Origin: the human T2T-CHM13v2.0 reference genome, Homo sapiens
Direction: 5' to 3' (one strand)
Assembly (NCBI RefSeq): GCF_009914755.1
Contig: NC_060948.1
DNA: 64,000 bases
Made by a program: the position numbers and the translations under genes. The notes beneath the pieces are model-generated. The model was not told where the DNA came from and made no database searches. It was given only the letters and a program-made list of their open reading frames with translations. Shown in pieces: positions 26,611-40,825 of the stretch (position 1 is the stretch's first letter; each line of letters starts with the position of its first letter).

Positions 26611-29600
26611 CAATGGAATGGAATCGAATGGAATGGAAGTGAATAGAATCGAACTAAATCGAATGGAATGGAATTGATAGGAACGGAATGGAAAGGAATG
26701 CAATGATTTGGCATGGAATGGAATCGAATGGCATCGAATGGAATGGAATGGAATGCAATGGAATGGAATGTATTAGAATGTAATGAACATTAATGGAATG
26801 TACTCGAATGGATTCGACTGGAATGGAATGTTCTGGAAGTGAATGGACTCCAATGGAATGGATTCGAAAGGAATGGAATCGAACGGAATGGAATCTAATG
26901 GAATGGAATTAAATGGAAATGAATCAAATTGAATAGCACGGAATTGAATTGAATGGAATCGAATGCAATGGAATCTAATGAAACGGAAAGGAAAGAATGG
27001 AATGGAATGGAATGGGCTGGAATGGAAAGGAATCGAAACGAATGGAATGGAATCGAACTGAAGAGACTGGAATGGAATGCACTGGAATGGAAGGGAGTGT
27101 AATGGAAGGTTCTCGAAAAAAATGGAATCGAATGGAATGGAATTGAATGGAACGGAATAGAGTCGCATGAAATTGAATGGAGTGGAATGGACTAGAGTGA
27201 AATGGAATCGAACGAAAAGGAATGGACAGGAATGGAATGGTCTCGAATTGAATGGAATCGTATGGAATGGCATCAAACGGAATGGAATGGACAGCCACGG
27301 AATGGAATGCACTCGAATGCAATGGAGTCGAAACTAATGGACTGGAATAGAATGGACTCGACTGGTATGGACTCCAATGGAATGGAATCGAATGGAAGGG
27401 AATCGAACGGAATGGACTCGAAGGGAAAAGACTGCAATGGAAAGGTCTCGAATGGAATGGAAATTAATGGAATGGAATGGAATCGAATGAAATGGAGTCA
27501 AAAGGAATGGAATCGAATGGCAAGAAATCGAATGTAATGGAATCGCAAGGAATTGATGTGAACGGAACGGAATGGAATGGAATCCAAAGGAATGGAATAG
27601 AATGGAATGGAATCGAATGGAAAGGACTCGAATGGAAATCACTCGAATAGAATGAAATTTAATAAAATAGGATCAAATGTAATAGAATGGAATGGAAAGG
27701 AATCGAAACGGAAGGAATGGAGACAGATGGAATGGAATGGAACAGAGAGCAATGGTATAGAATGGAATGGAATCATCTGGAATGGAATTGAATGGAATGG
27801 AATAATATGAAATGGAATGGAATGGAATGGAATGGAATGGAATGCCCTTGAATTAAATGGACTGGACTCGAACAGAGTGGAATGGAAAGTGTTGAGATAG
27901 AATGGAATGGACTCCTTTGGAATGGTGTAGTATGCAATGCAATCGACTGGCAGGGAATCAAAAGGAATGTAATCGAATGGATTGGACTGGAATGCAATGG
28001 ACTCGAATAGATTGGAAACGGAATGCAAAGGAATGGAATGGAATAGTATGGAATGCAATGGAAGGGAATGGAGTGGAATAGACTAGAGTGGAATGGAATG
28101 GACTGGAAAGCAATGGACTGGAATGGAACTTTCTTGGATGGACTGGAATCAAACGGAATGGAATGCAATGCAATCAAATGGCATGGAATAAAATAGAATG
28201 AAAGAGAATCAAATGGAATTGAATCGAATGGAATCGAATGGATTGGAAAGGAATAGAATGGAATGGAATGGAATTGACTCAAATGGAATGGACTAGAATG
28301 GAATGGATTCGAATGGAAGGCAAAGGAATGGAATCTATTGGAATGGACTGTAATGGAATGGAATGGAAGGGATTGGAATGGACTCGAATGGAATGGACTG
28401 CAATAGAAAGGATTCGAATGGAATGAAAAAGAATTGAATGGAATAGAACAGAATGGAATCAAATCGAATGGAATGGAATGGAATAGAAAGGAATGGAATG
28501 AAATGGAATGGAAAGGATTCGAATGGAATGCAATCGAATGGAATGGAATCGAACGGAATGGAATAAAATGGAAGAAAACTGGCAAGAAATGGAATCGAAA
28601 TGAATGGAGTGTTATGGAATGGACTCAAAAGGAATTGAATGTAATAGAATGGAGTGGAGTGGACTCGAATATAATGGACTGGAATGGAATGAAATCACAT
28701 GGAATGGGAACGAATGGAATGGAATGGAAAGGAATGGAATCGAATGGAAAGGAATCGAATGGAAGGGAATGAAATTGAATCAACAGGAATGGGAGGGAAT
28801 AGAATAGACTGTAATGGAATGGACTCGAATAGAATGGACACGAATGCTCAAATTAAATTGACTCGAATGGAATGGAAACGAAAGGAATGTCATCGAATGG
28901 AATTGAATCGATTGGAATGAAATCGCATAGAATGGAGTGGAATCAAATGGAATTGAATCGAAAGGAAAGGAAGCGAATGGACTGAAATGAAATGGAATGG
29001 AATTGAATGGAAAGTAATGCAATGGAATAGAATGGAACGAAATTTCACGGAATGGAATCAAACTGAATGGAATCAAATCAATGGAATCAAATCAAATGGA
29101 ATTGAAAGGAATTGAATGGAGTAGATGGGATTGGATGGGATTGGAATGAAATGTACTGGAAAGGACTCGAATTTCATGAAACGGAATGGAATGAATTGGA
29201 AAGGAATGGACTCGAATGGAATGGAATGTCATGGAATGGCATCAAATGGAATGGCATCAAATGGAATGGAATCGAATGCAATGGAATGCTGTGGAATGGA
29301 ATGGAATGCATTGGAATGGAATGTCCTCTAATGGAATGGATTCGAGTGGAATGGAATTGAATATAATGGAGTCGAATGAAATGGAATTGAAAGGAATGGG
29401 ATCGAATACAATGGAATATACTGGAATGTAACGTAATGAACTCGAATGTAATTGACTGGAATGGAATGTACATGAATGGAATGTAATCGAATGGAAAGTA
29501 GTCCAATGGAATAGAATCTAATGCAATAAAATCGACTCAGATAGAGTAGAATGTAATGGAATGGAGTGCAGTGCAATGGAATGGAATGGAATGGAATGCA

Positions 29601-32600
29601 ATGGAATGGAATGGAATGGAATGGAATGGAATGGAATGGGATGGAATGGTATGGAATGGATAGTAATGGACTGGAGTGAAATGGACTGGAAAGGAATGGA
29701 CTCAAATTGAAAGGTCTCGAAAGGAATGGAGTCAAATGGAATGGTCTGGAATGGAATGAACACGAATGTAATGCAATCCAATAGAATGGAATCGAATGGC
29801 ATGGAATATAAAGAAATGGAATCGAAGAGAATGGAAACAAATGGAATGGAATTGAATGGAATGGAATTGAATGGAATGGGAACGAATGGAGTGAAATTGT
29901 ATGCAGTAGAAGAGAATAGAATGGAATGCAAGCGAAAGGAAAGGAATGGATTGGAATGGAATGGAATTCATTGGAATGGAAGGGAATGTAGTGTAATGGA
30001 CAGGCCTGGAATAAAGTGGAATGCTACGGTCTCGAATGGAATAAAAATGTATGGAATGGAATGCAATGAAACGGAATCGAATGTCATAGAATGTAATGGA
30101 ATGCAAAAAAATGGAATCCAAAATCATTGAATGGAAAGGCTGGGTGTCGAAAGGAATTGACTCCAATGGAATGGAATCGAATGGAATGGAAGTGAATAGA
30201 ATCGAACTAAATCGAATGGAATGGAATTGATAGGAACGGAATGGAAAGGATTGCAATGATTTGGCATGGAATGGAATCGAATGGCATCGAATGGAATGGA
30301 ATGGAATGCAATGGAATGGAATGTATTAGAATGTAATGAACTTTAATGGAATGTACTCGAATGGATTCGACTGGAATGGAATGTTCTGGAAGTGAATGGA
30401 CTCCAATGGAATGGATTCAAAAGGAATGGAATCGTACGGAATGGAATCTAATGGAATGGAATTAAATGGAAATGAATCAAATTGAATAGCACGGAATTGA
30501 ATTGAATGGAATGGAATGCAATGGAATCTAATGAAACGGAAAGGAAAGGAATGGAATGGAATGGAATGGGCTGGAATGGAAAGGAATCGAAACGAATGGA
30601 ATGGAATCGAAGTGAAGAGACTGGAATGGTAATCACTGGAATGGAAGGGAGTGTAATGGAAGGTTCTCGAAAAAAATGGAATCGAATGGAATGCAATTGA
30701 ATGGAACGGAATAGAGTCGAATGGAATTGAATGGAATGGAATGGACTAGAGTGAAATGGAATCGAACCACAAGGAATGGACAGGAATAGAATGGTCTCGA
30801 ATTGAATGGAATCGTATGGAATGGCATCAAACGGAATGGAATGGACAGCCACGGAATGGAATGCACTCGAATGCAATGGAGTCGAAACTAATGGACTGGA
30901 ATAGAATGGACTCGACTGGTACGGACTCCAATGGAATGGAATCGAATGGAAGGGAATCGAACGTAATGGACTCGAAGGGAAAAGACTGCAATGGAAAGGT
31001 CTCGAATGGAATGGAAATTAATGGAATGGAATGGAATCGAATGAAATGGAGTCAAAAGGAATGGAATCGAATGGCAAGAAATCGAATGTAATGGAATCGC
31101 AAGGAATTGATGTGAACGGAACGGAATGGAATGGAATCCAAAGGAATGGAATAGAATGGAATGGAAACGAATGGAAAGGACTCCAATGGAAATCACTCGA
31201 ATAGAATGCAATTTAATAAAATAGGATCAAATGTAATAGAATGGAACGGAAAGGAATCGAAACGGAAGGAATGGAGACAGATGGAATGGAATGGAACAGA
31301 GAGCAATGGTATAGAATGGAATGGAATCATCTGGAATGGAATTGAATGGAATGGAATGATATGAAATGGAATGGAATGGAATGGAATGGAATGCCCTTGA
31401 ATTAAATGGACTGGACTCGAACAGAGTGGAATGGAAAGTGTTGAGATAGAATGGAATGGACTCCTTTGGAATGGTGTAGTATGCAATGCAATCGACTGGC
31501 AGGGAATCAAAAGGAATGTAATCGAATGGATTGGACTGGAATGCAATGGACTCGAATAGATTGGAAACGGAATGCAAAGGAATGGAATGGAATAGTATGG
31601 AATGCAATGGAAGGGAATGGAGTGGAATAGACTAGAGTGGAATGGAATGGACTGGAAAGCAATGGAGTGGAATGGAACTTTCTTGGATGGACTGGAATCA
31701 AACGGAATGGAATGCAATGCAATCAAATGGCATGGAATAAAATAGAATGAAAGAGAATCAAATGGAATTGAATCGAATGGAATCGAATGGATTGGAAAGG
31801 AATAGAATGGAATGGAATGGAATTGACTCAAATGGAATGGACTAGAATGGAATGGATTCGAATGGAAGGCAAAGGAATGGAATCTATTGGAATGGACTGT
31901 AATGGAATGGAATGGAAGGGATTGGAATGGACTCGAATGGAATGGACTGCAATAGAAAGGATTCGAATGGAATGAAAAAGAATTGAATGGAATAGAACAG
32001 AATGGAATCAAATCGAATGGAATGGAATGGAATAGAAAGGAATGGAATGAAATGGAATGGAAAGGATTCGAATGGAATGCAATCGAATGGAATGGAATCG
32101 AACGGAATGGAATAAAATGGAAGAAAACTGGCAAGAAATGGAATCGAAATGAATGGAGTGTTATGGAACGGACTCAAAAGGAATTGAATGTAATAGAATG
32201 GAGTGGAGTGGACTCGAATATAATGGACTGGAATGGAATGAAATCACATGGAATGGGAACGAATGGAATGGAATGGAAAGGAATGGAATCGAATGGAAAG
32301 GAATCGAATGGAAGGGAATGAAATTGAATCAACAGGAATGGAAGGGAATAGAATAGACTGTAATGGAATGGACTCGAATAGAATGGACACGAATGCTCAA
32401 ATTAAATGGACTCGAATGGAATGGAAACGAAAGGAATGTCATCGAATGGAATTGAATCGATTGGAATGACATCGCATAGAATGGAGTGGAATCAAATGGA
32501 ATTGAATCGAAAGGAAAGGAAGCGAATGGACTGAAATGAAATGGAATGGAATTGAATGGAAAGTAATGCAATGGAATAGAATGGAACGAAATTTCACGGA

Positions 32601-35600
32601 ATGGAATCAAACTGAATGGAATCAAATCAATGGAATCAAATCAAATGGAATGGAAAGGAATTGAATGGAGTAGATGGGATTGGATGGGATTGGAATGAAA
32701 TGTACTGGAAAGGACTCGAATTTCATGAAACGGAATGGAATGAATTGGAACGGAATGGACTCGAATGGAATGGAATGTCATGGAATGGCATCAAATGGAA
32801 TGGCATCAAATGGAATGGAATCGAATGCAATGGAATGCTATGGAATGGAATGGAATGCATTGGAATGGAATGTCCTCTAATGGAATGGATTCGAGAGAAA
32901 TGGAATTGAATGTAATGGAGTCGAATGAAATGGAATTGAAAGGAATGGGATCGAATACAATGGAATATACTGGAATGTAACGTAATGAACTCGAATGTAA
33001 TTGACTGGAATGGAATGTACATGAATGGAATGTAATCGAATGGAAAGTAATCCAATGGAATAGAATCTAATGCAATAAAATCGACTCAGATAGAGTAGAA
33101 TGTAATGGAATGGAGTGCAGTGCAATGGAATGGAATGGAATGGAATGCAATGGAATGGAATGGAATGGAATGGAATGGAATGGAATGGAATGGAATGGGA
33201 TGGAATGGTATGGAATGGATAGTAATGGACTGGAATGAAATGGACTGGAAAAGAATGGACTCAAATTGAAAGGGCTCGAAAGGAATGGAGTCAAATGGAA
33301 TGGTCTGGAATGGAATGAACACGAATGTAATGCAATCCAATAGAATGGAATCGAATGGCATGGAATATAAAGAAATGGAATCGAAGAGAATGGAAACAAA
33401 TGGAATGGAATTGAATGGAATGGAATTGAATGGAATGGGAACGAATGGAGTGAAATTGTATGCAGTAGAAGAGAATAGAATGGAATGCAAGCGAAAGGAA
33501 AGGAATGGATTGGAATGGAATGGAATTCATTGGAATGGAAGGGAATGTAGTGTAATGGACAGGCCTGGAATAAAGTGGAATGCTACGGTCTCGAATGGAA
33601 TAAAAATGTATGGAATGGAATGCAATGAAACGGAATCGAATGTCATAGAATGTAATGGAATGCAAAAAAATGGAATCCAAAATCATTGACTGGAAAGGCT
33701 GGGTGTCGAAAGGAATTGACTCCAATGGAATGGAATCGAATGGAATGGAAGTGAATAGAATCGAACTAAATCGAATGGAATGGAATTGATAGGAACGGAA
33801 TGGAAAGGAATGCAATGATTTGGCATGGAATGGAATCGAATGGCATCGAATGGAATGGAATGGAATGCAATGGAATGGAATGTATTAGAATGTAATGAAC
33901 ATTAATGGAATGTACTCGAATGGATTCGACTGGAATGGAATGTTCTGGAAGTGAATGGACTCCAATGGAATGGATTCGAAAGGAATGGAATCGAACGGAA
34001 TGGAATCTAATGGAATGGAATTAAATGGAAATGAATCAAATTGAATAGCACGGAATTGAATTGAATGGAATGGAATGCAATGGAATCTAATGAAACGGAA
34101 AGGAAAGGAATGGAATGGAATGGAATGGGCTGGAATGGAAAGGAATCGAAACGAATGGAATGGAATCGAACTGAAGAGACTGGAATGGAATGCACTGGAA
34201 TGGAAGGGAGTGTAATGGAAGGTTCTCGAAAATAATGGAAGCAAATGGAATGGAATTGAATGGAACGGAATAGAGTCGAATGGAATTGAATGGAATGGAA
34301 TGGACTAGAGTGAAATGGAATCGAACCACAAGGAATGGACAGGAATAGAATGGTCTCGAATTGAATGGAATCGTATGGAATGGCATCAAACGGAATGGAA
34401 TGGACAGCCACGGAATGGAATGCACTCGAATGCAATGGAGTCGAAACTTATGGACTGGAATAGAATGGACTCGACTGGTACGGACTCCAATGGAATGGAA
34501 TCGAATGGAAGGGATTCGAACGGAATGGACTCGAAGGGAAAAGACTGCAATGGATAGGTCTCGAATGGAATGGAAATTAATGGAATGGAATGGAATCGAA
34601 TGAAATGGAGTCAAAAGGAATGGAATCGAATGGCAAGAAATCGAATGTAATGGAATCGCAAGGAATTGATGTGAACGGAACGGAATGGAATGGAATCCAA
34701 AGGAATGGAATAGAATGGAATGGAATCGAATGGAAAGGACTCGAATGGAAATCACTCGAATAGAATGCAATTTAATAAAATAGGATCATATGTAATTGAA
34801 TGGAATGGAAAGGAATCGAAACGAAAGGAATGGAGACAGATGGAATGGAATGGAACAGAGAGCAATGGTATAGAATGGAATGGAATCATCTGGAATGGAA
34901 TTGAATGGAATGGAATAATATGAAATGGAATGGAATGGAATGGAATGGAATGCCCTTGAATTAAATGGACTGGAATGGAATGGACTCGAACAGAGTGGAA
35001 TGGAAAGTGTTGAGATAGAATGGAATGGACTCCTTTGGAATGGTCTAGTATGCAATGCAATCGACTGGCAGGGAATCAAAAGGAATGTAATCGAATGGAT
35101 TAGACTGGAATGCAATGGACTCGAATAGATTGGAAACGGAATGCAAAGGAATGGAATGGAATAGTATGGAATGGAATGGAAAGGAATGGAGTGGAATAGA
35201 CTAGAGTGGAATGGAATGGACTGGAAAGCAATGGACTGGAATGGAACTTTCTTGAATGGACTGGAATCAAACGGAATGGAATGCAATGCAATCAAATGGC
35301 ATGGAATAAAATAGAATGAAAGAGAATCAAATGGAATTGAATCGAATGGAATCGAATGGATTGGAAAGGAATAGAATGGAATGGAATGGAATGGACTCAA
35401 ATGGAATGGACTAGAATGGAATGGATTCGAATGGAAGGCAAAGGAATGGAATCTATTGGAATGGACTGTAATGGAATGGAATGGAAGGGATTGGAATGGA
35501 CTCGAATGGAATGGACTGCAATAGAAAGGATTCGAATGGAATGAAAAAGAATTGAATGGAATAGAACAGAATGGAATCAAATCGAATGAAATGGAATGGA

Positions 35601-38600
35601 ATAGAAAGGAATGGAATGAAATGGAATGGAAAGGATTCGAATGGAATGCAATCGAATGGAATGGAATCGAACGGAATGGAATAAAATGGAAGAAAACTGG
35701 CAAGAAATGGAATCGAAATGAATGGAGTGTTATGGAACGGACTCAAAAGGAATTGAATGTAATAGAATGGAGTGGAGTGGACTCGAATATAATGGACTGG
35801 AATGGAATGAAATCACATGGAATGGGAACGAATGGAATGGAATGGAAAGGAATGGAATCGAATGGAAAGGAATCGAATGGAAGGGAATGAAATTGAATCA
35901 ACAGGAATGGAAGGGAATAGAATAGACGGTAATGGAATGGACTCGAATAGAATGGACACGAATGCTCAAATTGAATGGACTCGAATGGAATGGAAACGAA
36001 AGGAATGTCATCGAATGGAATTGAATCGATTGGAATGAAATCGCATAGAATGGAGTGGAATCAAATGGAATTGAATCGAAAGGAAAGGAAGCGAATGGAC
36101 TGAAATGAAATGGAATGGAATTGAATGGAAAGTAATGCAATGGAATAGAATGGAACGAAATTTCACGGAATGGAATCAAACTGAATGGAATCAAATCAAT
36201 GGAATCAAATCAAATGGAATGGAAAGGAATTGAATGGAGTAGATTGGATTGGATGGGATTGGAATGAAATGTACTGGAAAGGACTCGAATTTCATGAAAC
36301 GGAATGGAATGAATTGGAACGGAATGGACTCGAATGGAATGGAATGTCATGGAATGGCATCAAATGGAATGGCATCAAATGGAATGGAATCGAATGCAAT
36401 GGAATGCTATGGAATGGAATGGAATGCATTGGAATGGAATGTCCTCTAATGGAATGGATTCGAGTGGAATGGAATCGAATATAATGGAGTCGAATGAAAT
36501 GGAATTGAAAGGAATGGGATCGAATACAATGGAATATACTGGAATGTAATGTAATGAACTCGAATGTAATTGACTGGAATGGAATGTACATGAATGGAAT
36601 GTAATCGAATGGAAAGTAATCCAATGGAATAGAATCTAATGCAATAAAATCGACTCAGATAGAGTAGAATGTAATGGAATGGAGTGCAGTGCAATGGAAT
36701 GGAATGGAATGGAATGCAATGGAATGGAATGGAATGGAACGGAATGGAATGGAATGGGATGGAATGGTACGGAATGGACAGTAATGGACTGGAATGAAAT
36801 GGACTGGAAAAGAATGGACTCAAATTGAAAGGGCTCGAAAGGAATGGAGTCAAATGGAATAGTCTGGAATGGAATGAACACGAATGTAATGCAATCCAAT
36901 AGAATGGAATCGAATGGCATGGAATATAAAGAAATGGAATCGAAGAGAATGGAAACAAATGGAATGGAATTGAATGGAATGGAATTGAATGGAATGGGAA
37001 GGAATGGAGTGAAATTGTATGCAGTAGAAGAGAATAGAATGGAATGCAAGCGAAAGGAAAGGAATGGATTGCAATGGAATGGAATTCATTGGAATGGAAG
37101 GGAATGTAGTGTAATGGACAGGCCTGGAATAAAGTGGAATGTTACGGTCTCGAATGGAATAAAAATGTATGGAATGGAATGCAATGAAACGGAATCGAAT
37201 GTCATAGAATGTAATGGAATGCAAAAAAATGGAATCCAAAATCATTGACTGGAAAGGCTGGGTGTCGAAAGGAATTGACTCCAATGGAATGGAATCGAAT
37301 GGAATGGAAGTGAATAGAATCGAACTAAATCGAATGGAATGGAATTGATAGGAACGGAATGGAAAGGAATGCAATGATTTGGCATGGAATGCAATCGAAT
37401 GGCATCGAATGGAATGGAATGGAATGCAATGGAATGGAATGTATTAGAATGTAATGAACATTAATGGAATGTACTCGAATGGATTCGACTGGAATGGAAT
37501 GTTCTGGAAGTGAATGGACTCCAATGGAATGGATTCGAAAGGAATGGAATCGAACGGAATGGAATCTAATGGAATGGAATTAAATGGAAATGAATCAAAT
37601 TGAATAGCACGGAATTGAATTGAATGGAATCGAATGCAATGGAATCTAATGAAACGGAAAGGAAAGGAATGGAATGGAATGGAATGGGCTGGAATGGAAA
37701 GGAATCGAAACGAATGGAATGGAATCGAACTGAAGAGACTGGAATGGAATGCACTGGAATGGAAGGGAGTGTAATGGAAGGTTCTCGAAAATAATGGAAG
37801 CAAATGGAATGGAATTGAATGGAACGGAATAGAGTCGAATGGAATTGAATGGAATGGAATGGACTAGAGTGAAATGGAATCGAACCACAAGGAATGGACA
37901 GGAATAGAATGGTCTCGAATTGAATGGAATCGTATGGAATGGCATCAAACGGAATGGAATGGACAGCCACGGAATGGAATGCACTCGAATGCAATGGAGT
38001 CGAAACTAATGGACTGGAATAGAATGGACTCGACTGGTACGGACTCCAATGGAATGGAATCGAATGGAAGGGATTCGAACGGAATGGACTCGAAGGGAAA
38101 AGACTGCAATGGAAAGGTCTCGAATGGAATGGAAATTAATGGAATGGAATGGAATCGAATGAAATGGAGTCAAAAGGAATGGAATCGAATGGCAAGAAAT
38201 CGAATGTAATGGAATCGGAAGGAATTGATGTGAACGGAACGGAATGGAATGGAATCCAAAGGAATGGAATAGAATGGAATGGAATCGAATGGAAAGGACT
38301 CGAATGGAAATCACTCGAATGGAATGAAATTTAATAAAATAGGATCAAATGTAATTGAATGGAATGGAAAGGAATCGAAACGAAAGGAATGGAGACAGAT
38401 GGAATGGAATGGAACAGAGAGCAATGGTATAGAATGGAATGGAATCATCTGGAATGGAATTGAATGGAATGGAATAATATGAAATGGAATGGAATGGAAT
38501 GGAATGGAATGCCCTTGAATTAAATGGACTGGAATGGAATGGACTCGAACAGAGTGGAATGGAAAGTGTTGAGATAGAATGGAATGGACTCTTTTAGAAT

Positions 38601-40825
38601 GGTCTAGTATGCAATGCAATCGACTGGCAGGGAATCAAAAGGAATGTAATCGAATGGATTGGACTGGAATGCAATGGACTCGAATAGATTGGAAACGGAA
38701 TGCAAAGGAATGGAATGGAATAGTATGGAATGGAATGGAAAGGAATGGAGTGGAATAGACTAGAGTGGAATGGAATGGACTGGAAAGCAATGGACTGGAA
38801 TGGAACTTTCTTGAATGGACTGGAATCAAACGGAATGGAATGCAATGCAATCAAATGGCATGGAATAAAATAGAATGAAAGAGAATCAAATGGAATTGAA
38901 TCGAATGGAATCGAATGGATTGGAAAGGAATAGAATGGAATGGAATGGAATTGACTCAAATGGAATGGACTAGAATGGAATGGATTCGAATGGAAGGCAA
39001 AGGAATGGAATCTATTGGAATGGACAGTAATGGAATGGAATGGAAGGGATTGGAATGGACTCGAATGGAATGGACTGCAATAGAAAGGATTCGAATGGAA
39101 TGAAAAAGAATTGAATGGAATAGAACAGAATGGAATCAAATCGAATGAAATGGAATGGAATAGAAAGGAATGGAATGAAATGGAATGGAAAGGATTCGAA
39201 TGGAATGCAATCGAATGGAATGGAATCGAACGGAATGGAATAAAATGGAAGAAAACTGGCAAGAAATGGAATCGAAATGAATGGAGTGTTATGGAACGGA
39301 CTCAAAAGGAATTGAATGTAATAGAATGGAGTGGAGTGGACTCGAATGTAATGAACTGGAATGGAATGAAATCACATGGAATGGGAACGAATGGAATGGA
39401 ATGGAAAGGAATGGAATCGAATGGAAAGGAATCGAATGGAAGGGAATGAAATTGAATCAACAGGAATGGAAGGGAATAGAATAGACGGTAATGGAATGGA
39501 CTCGAATAGAATGGACACGAATGCTCAAATTGAATGGACTCGAATGGAATGGAAACAAAAGGAATGTCATCGAATGGAATTGAATCGATTGGAATGAAAT
39601 CGCATAGAATGGAGTGGAATCAAATGGAATTGAATCGAAAGGAAAGGAAGCGAATGGACTGAAATGAAATGGAATGGAATTGAATGGAAAGTAATGCAAT
39701 GGAATAGAATGGAACGAAATTTCACGGAATGGAATCAAACTGAATGGAATCAAATCAATGGAATCAAATCAAATGGAATGGAAAGGAATTGAATGGAGTA
39801 GATTGGATTGGATGGGATTGGAATGAAATGTACTGGAAAGGACTCGAATTTCATGAAACGGAATGGAATGAATTGGAACGGAATGGACTCGAATAGAATG
39901 GAATGTCATGGAATGGCATCAAATGGAATGGCATCAAATGGAATGGAATCGAATGCAATGGAATGCTATGGAATGGAATGGAATGCATTGGAATGGAATG
40001 TCCTCTAATGGAATGGATTCGAGTGGAATGGAATCGAATATAATGGAGTCGAATGAAATGGAATTGAAAGGAATGGGATCGAATACAATGGAATATACTG
40101 GAATGTAATGTAATGAACTCGAATGTAATTGACTGGAATGGAATGTACATGAATGGAATGTAATCGAATGGAAAGTAATCCAATGGAATAGAATCTAATG
40201 CAATAAAATCGACTCAGATAGAGTAGAATGTAATGGAATGGAGTGCAGTGCAATGGAATGGAATGGAATGGAGTGCAATGGAATGGAATGGAATGGAATG
40301 GGATGGAATGGTATGGAATGGATAGTAATGGACTGGAATGAAATGGACTGGAAAAGAATGGACTCAAATTGAAAGGGCTCGAAAGGAATGGAGTCAAATG
40401 GAATGGTCTGGAATGGAATGAACACGAATGTAATGCAATCCAATAGAATGGAATCGAATGGCATGGAATATAAAGAAATGGAATCGAAGAGAATGGAAAC
40501 AAATGGAATGGAATTGAATGGAATGGAATTGAATGGAATGGGAACGAATGGAGTGAAATTGTATGCAGTAGAAGAGAATAGACTGGAATGCAAGCGAAAG
40601 GAAAGGAATGGATTGCAATGGAATGGAATTCATTGGAATGGAAGGGAATGTAGTGTAATGGACAGGCCTGGAATAAAGTGGAATGCTACGGTCTCGAATG
40701 GAATAAAAATGTATGGAATGGAATGCAATGAAACGGAATCGAATGTCATAGAATGTAATGGAATGCAAAAAAATGGAATCCAAAATCATTGACTGGAAAG
40801 GCTGGGTGTCGAAAGGAATTGACTC
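26611..40825 (+). repeat. Copy 2 of the 14,215-bp (4-unit) tandem duplication
   Basis: Co-linear with 12396-26610 with no length change. Offset identity continues to about 41174 (first mismatch C26960 vs G41175), so the breakpoint is uncertain within about 350 bp. Confidence 0.92.
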
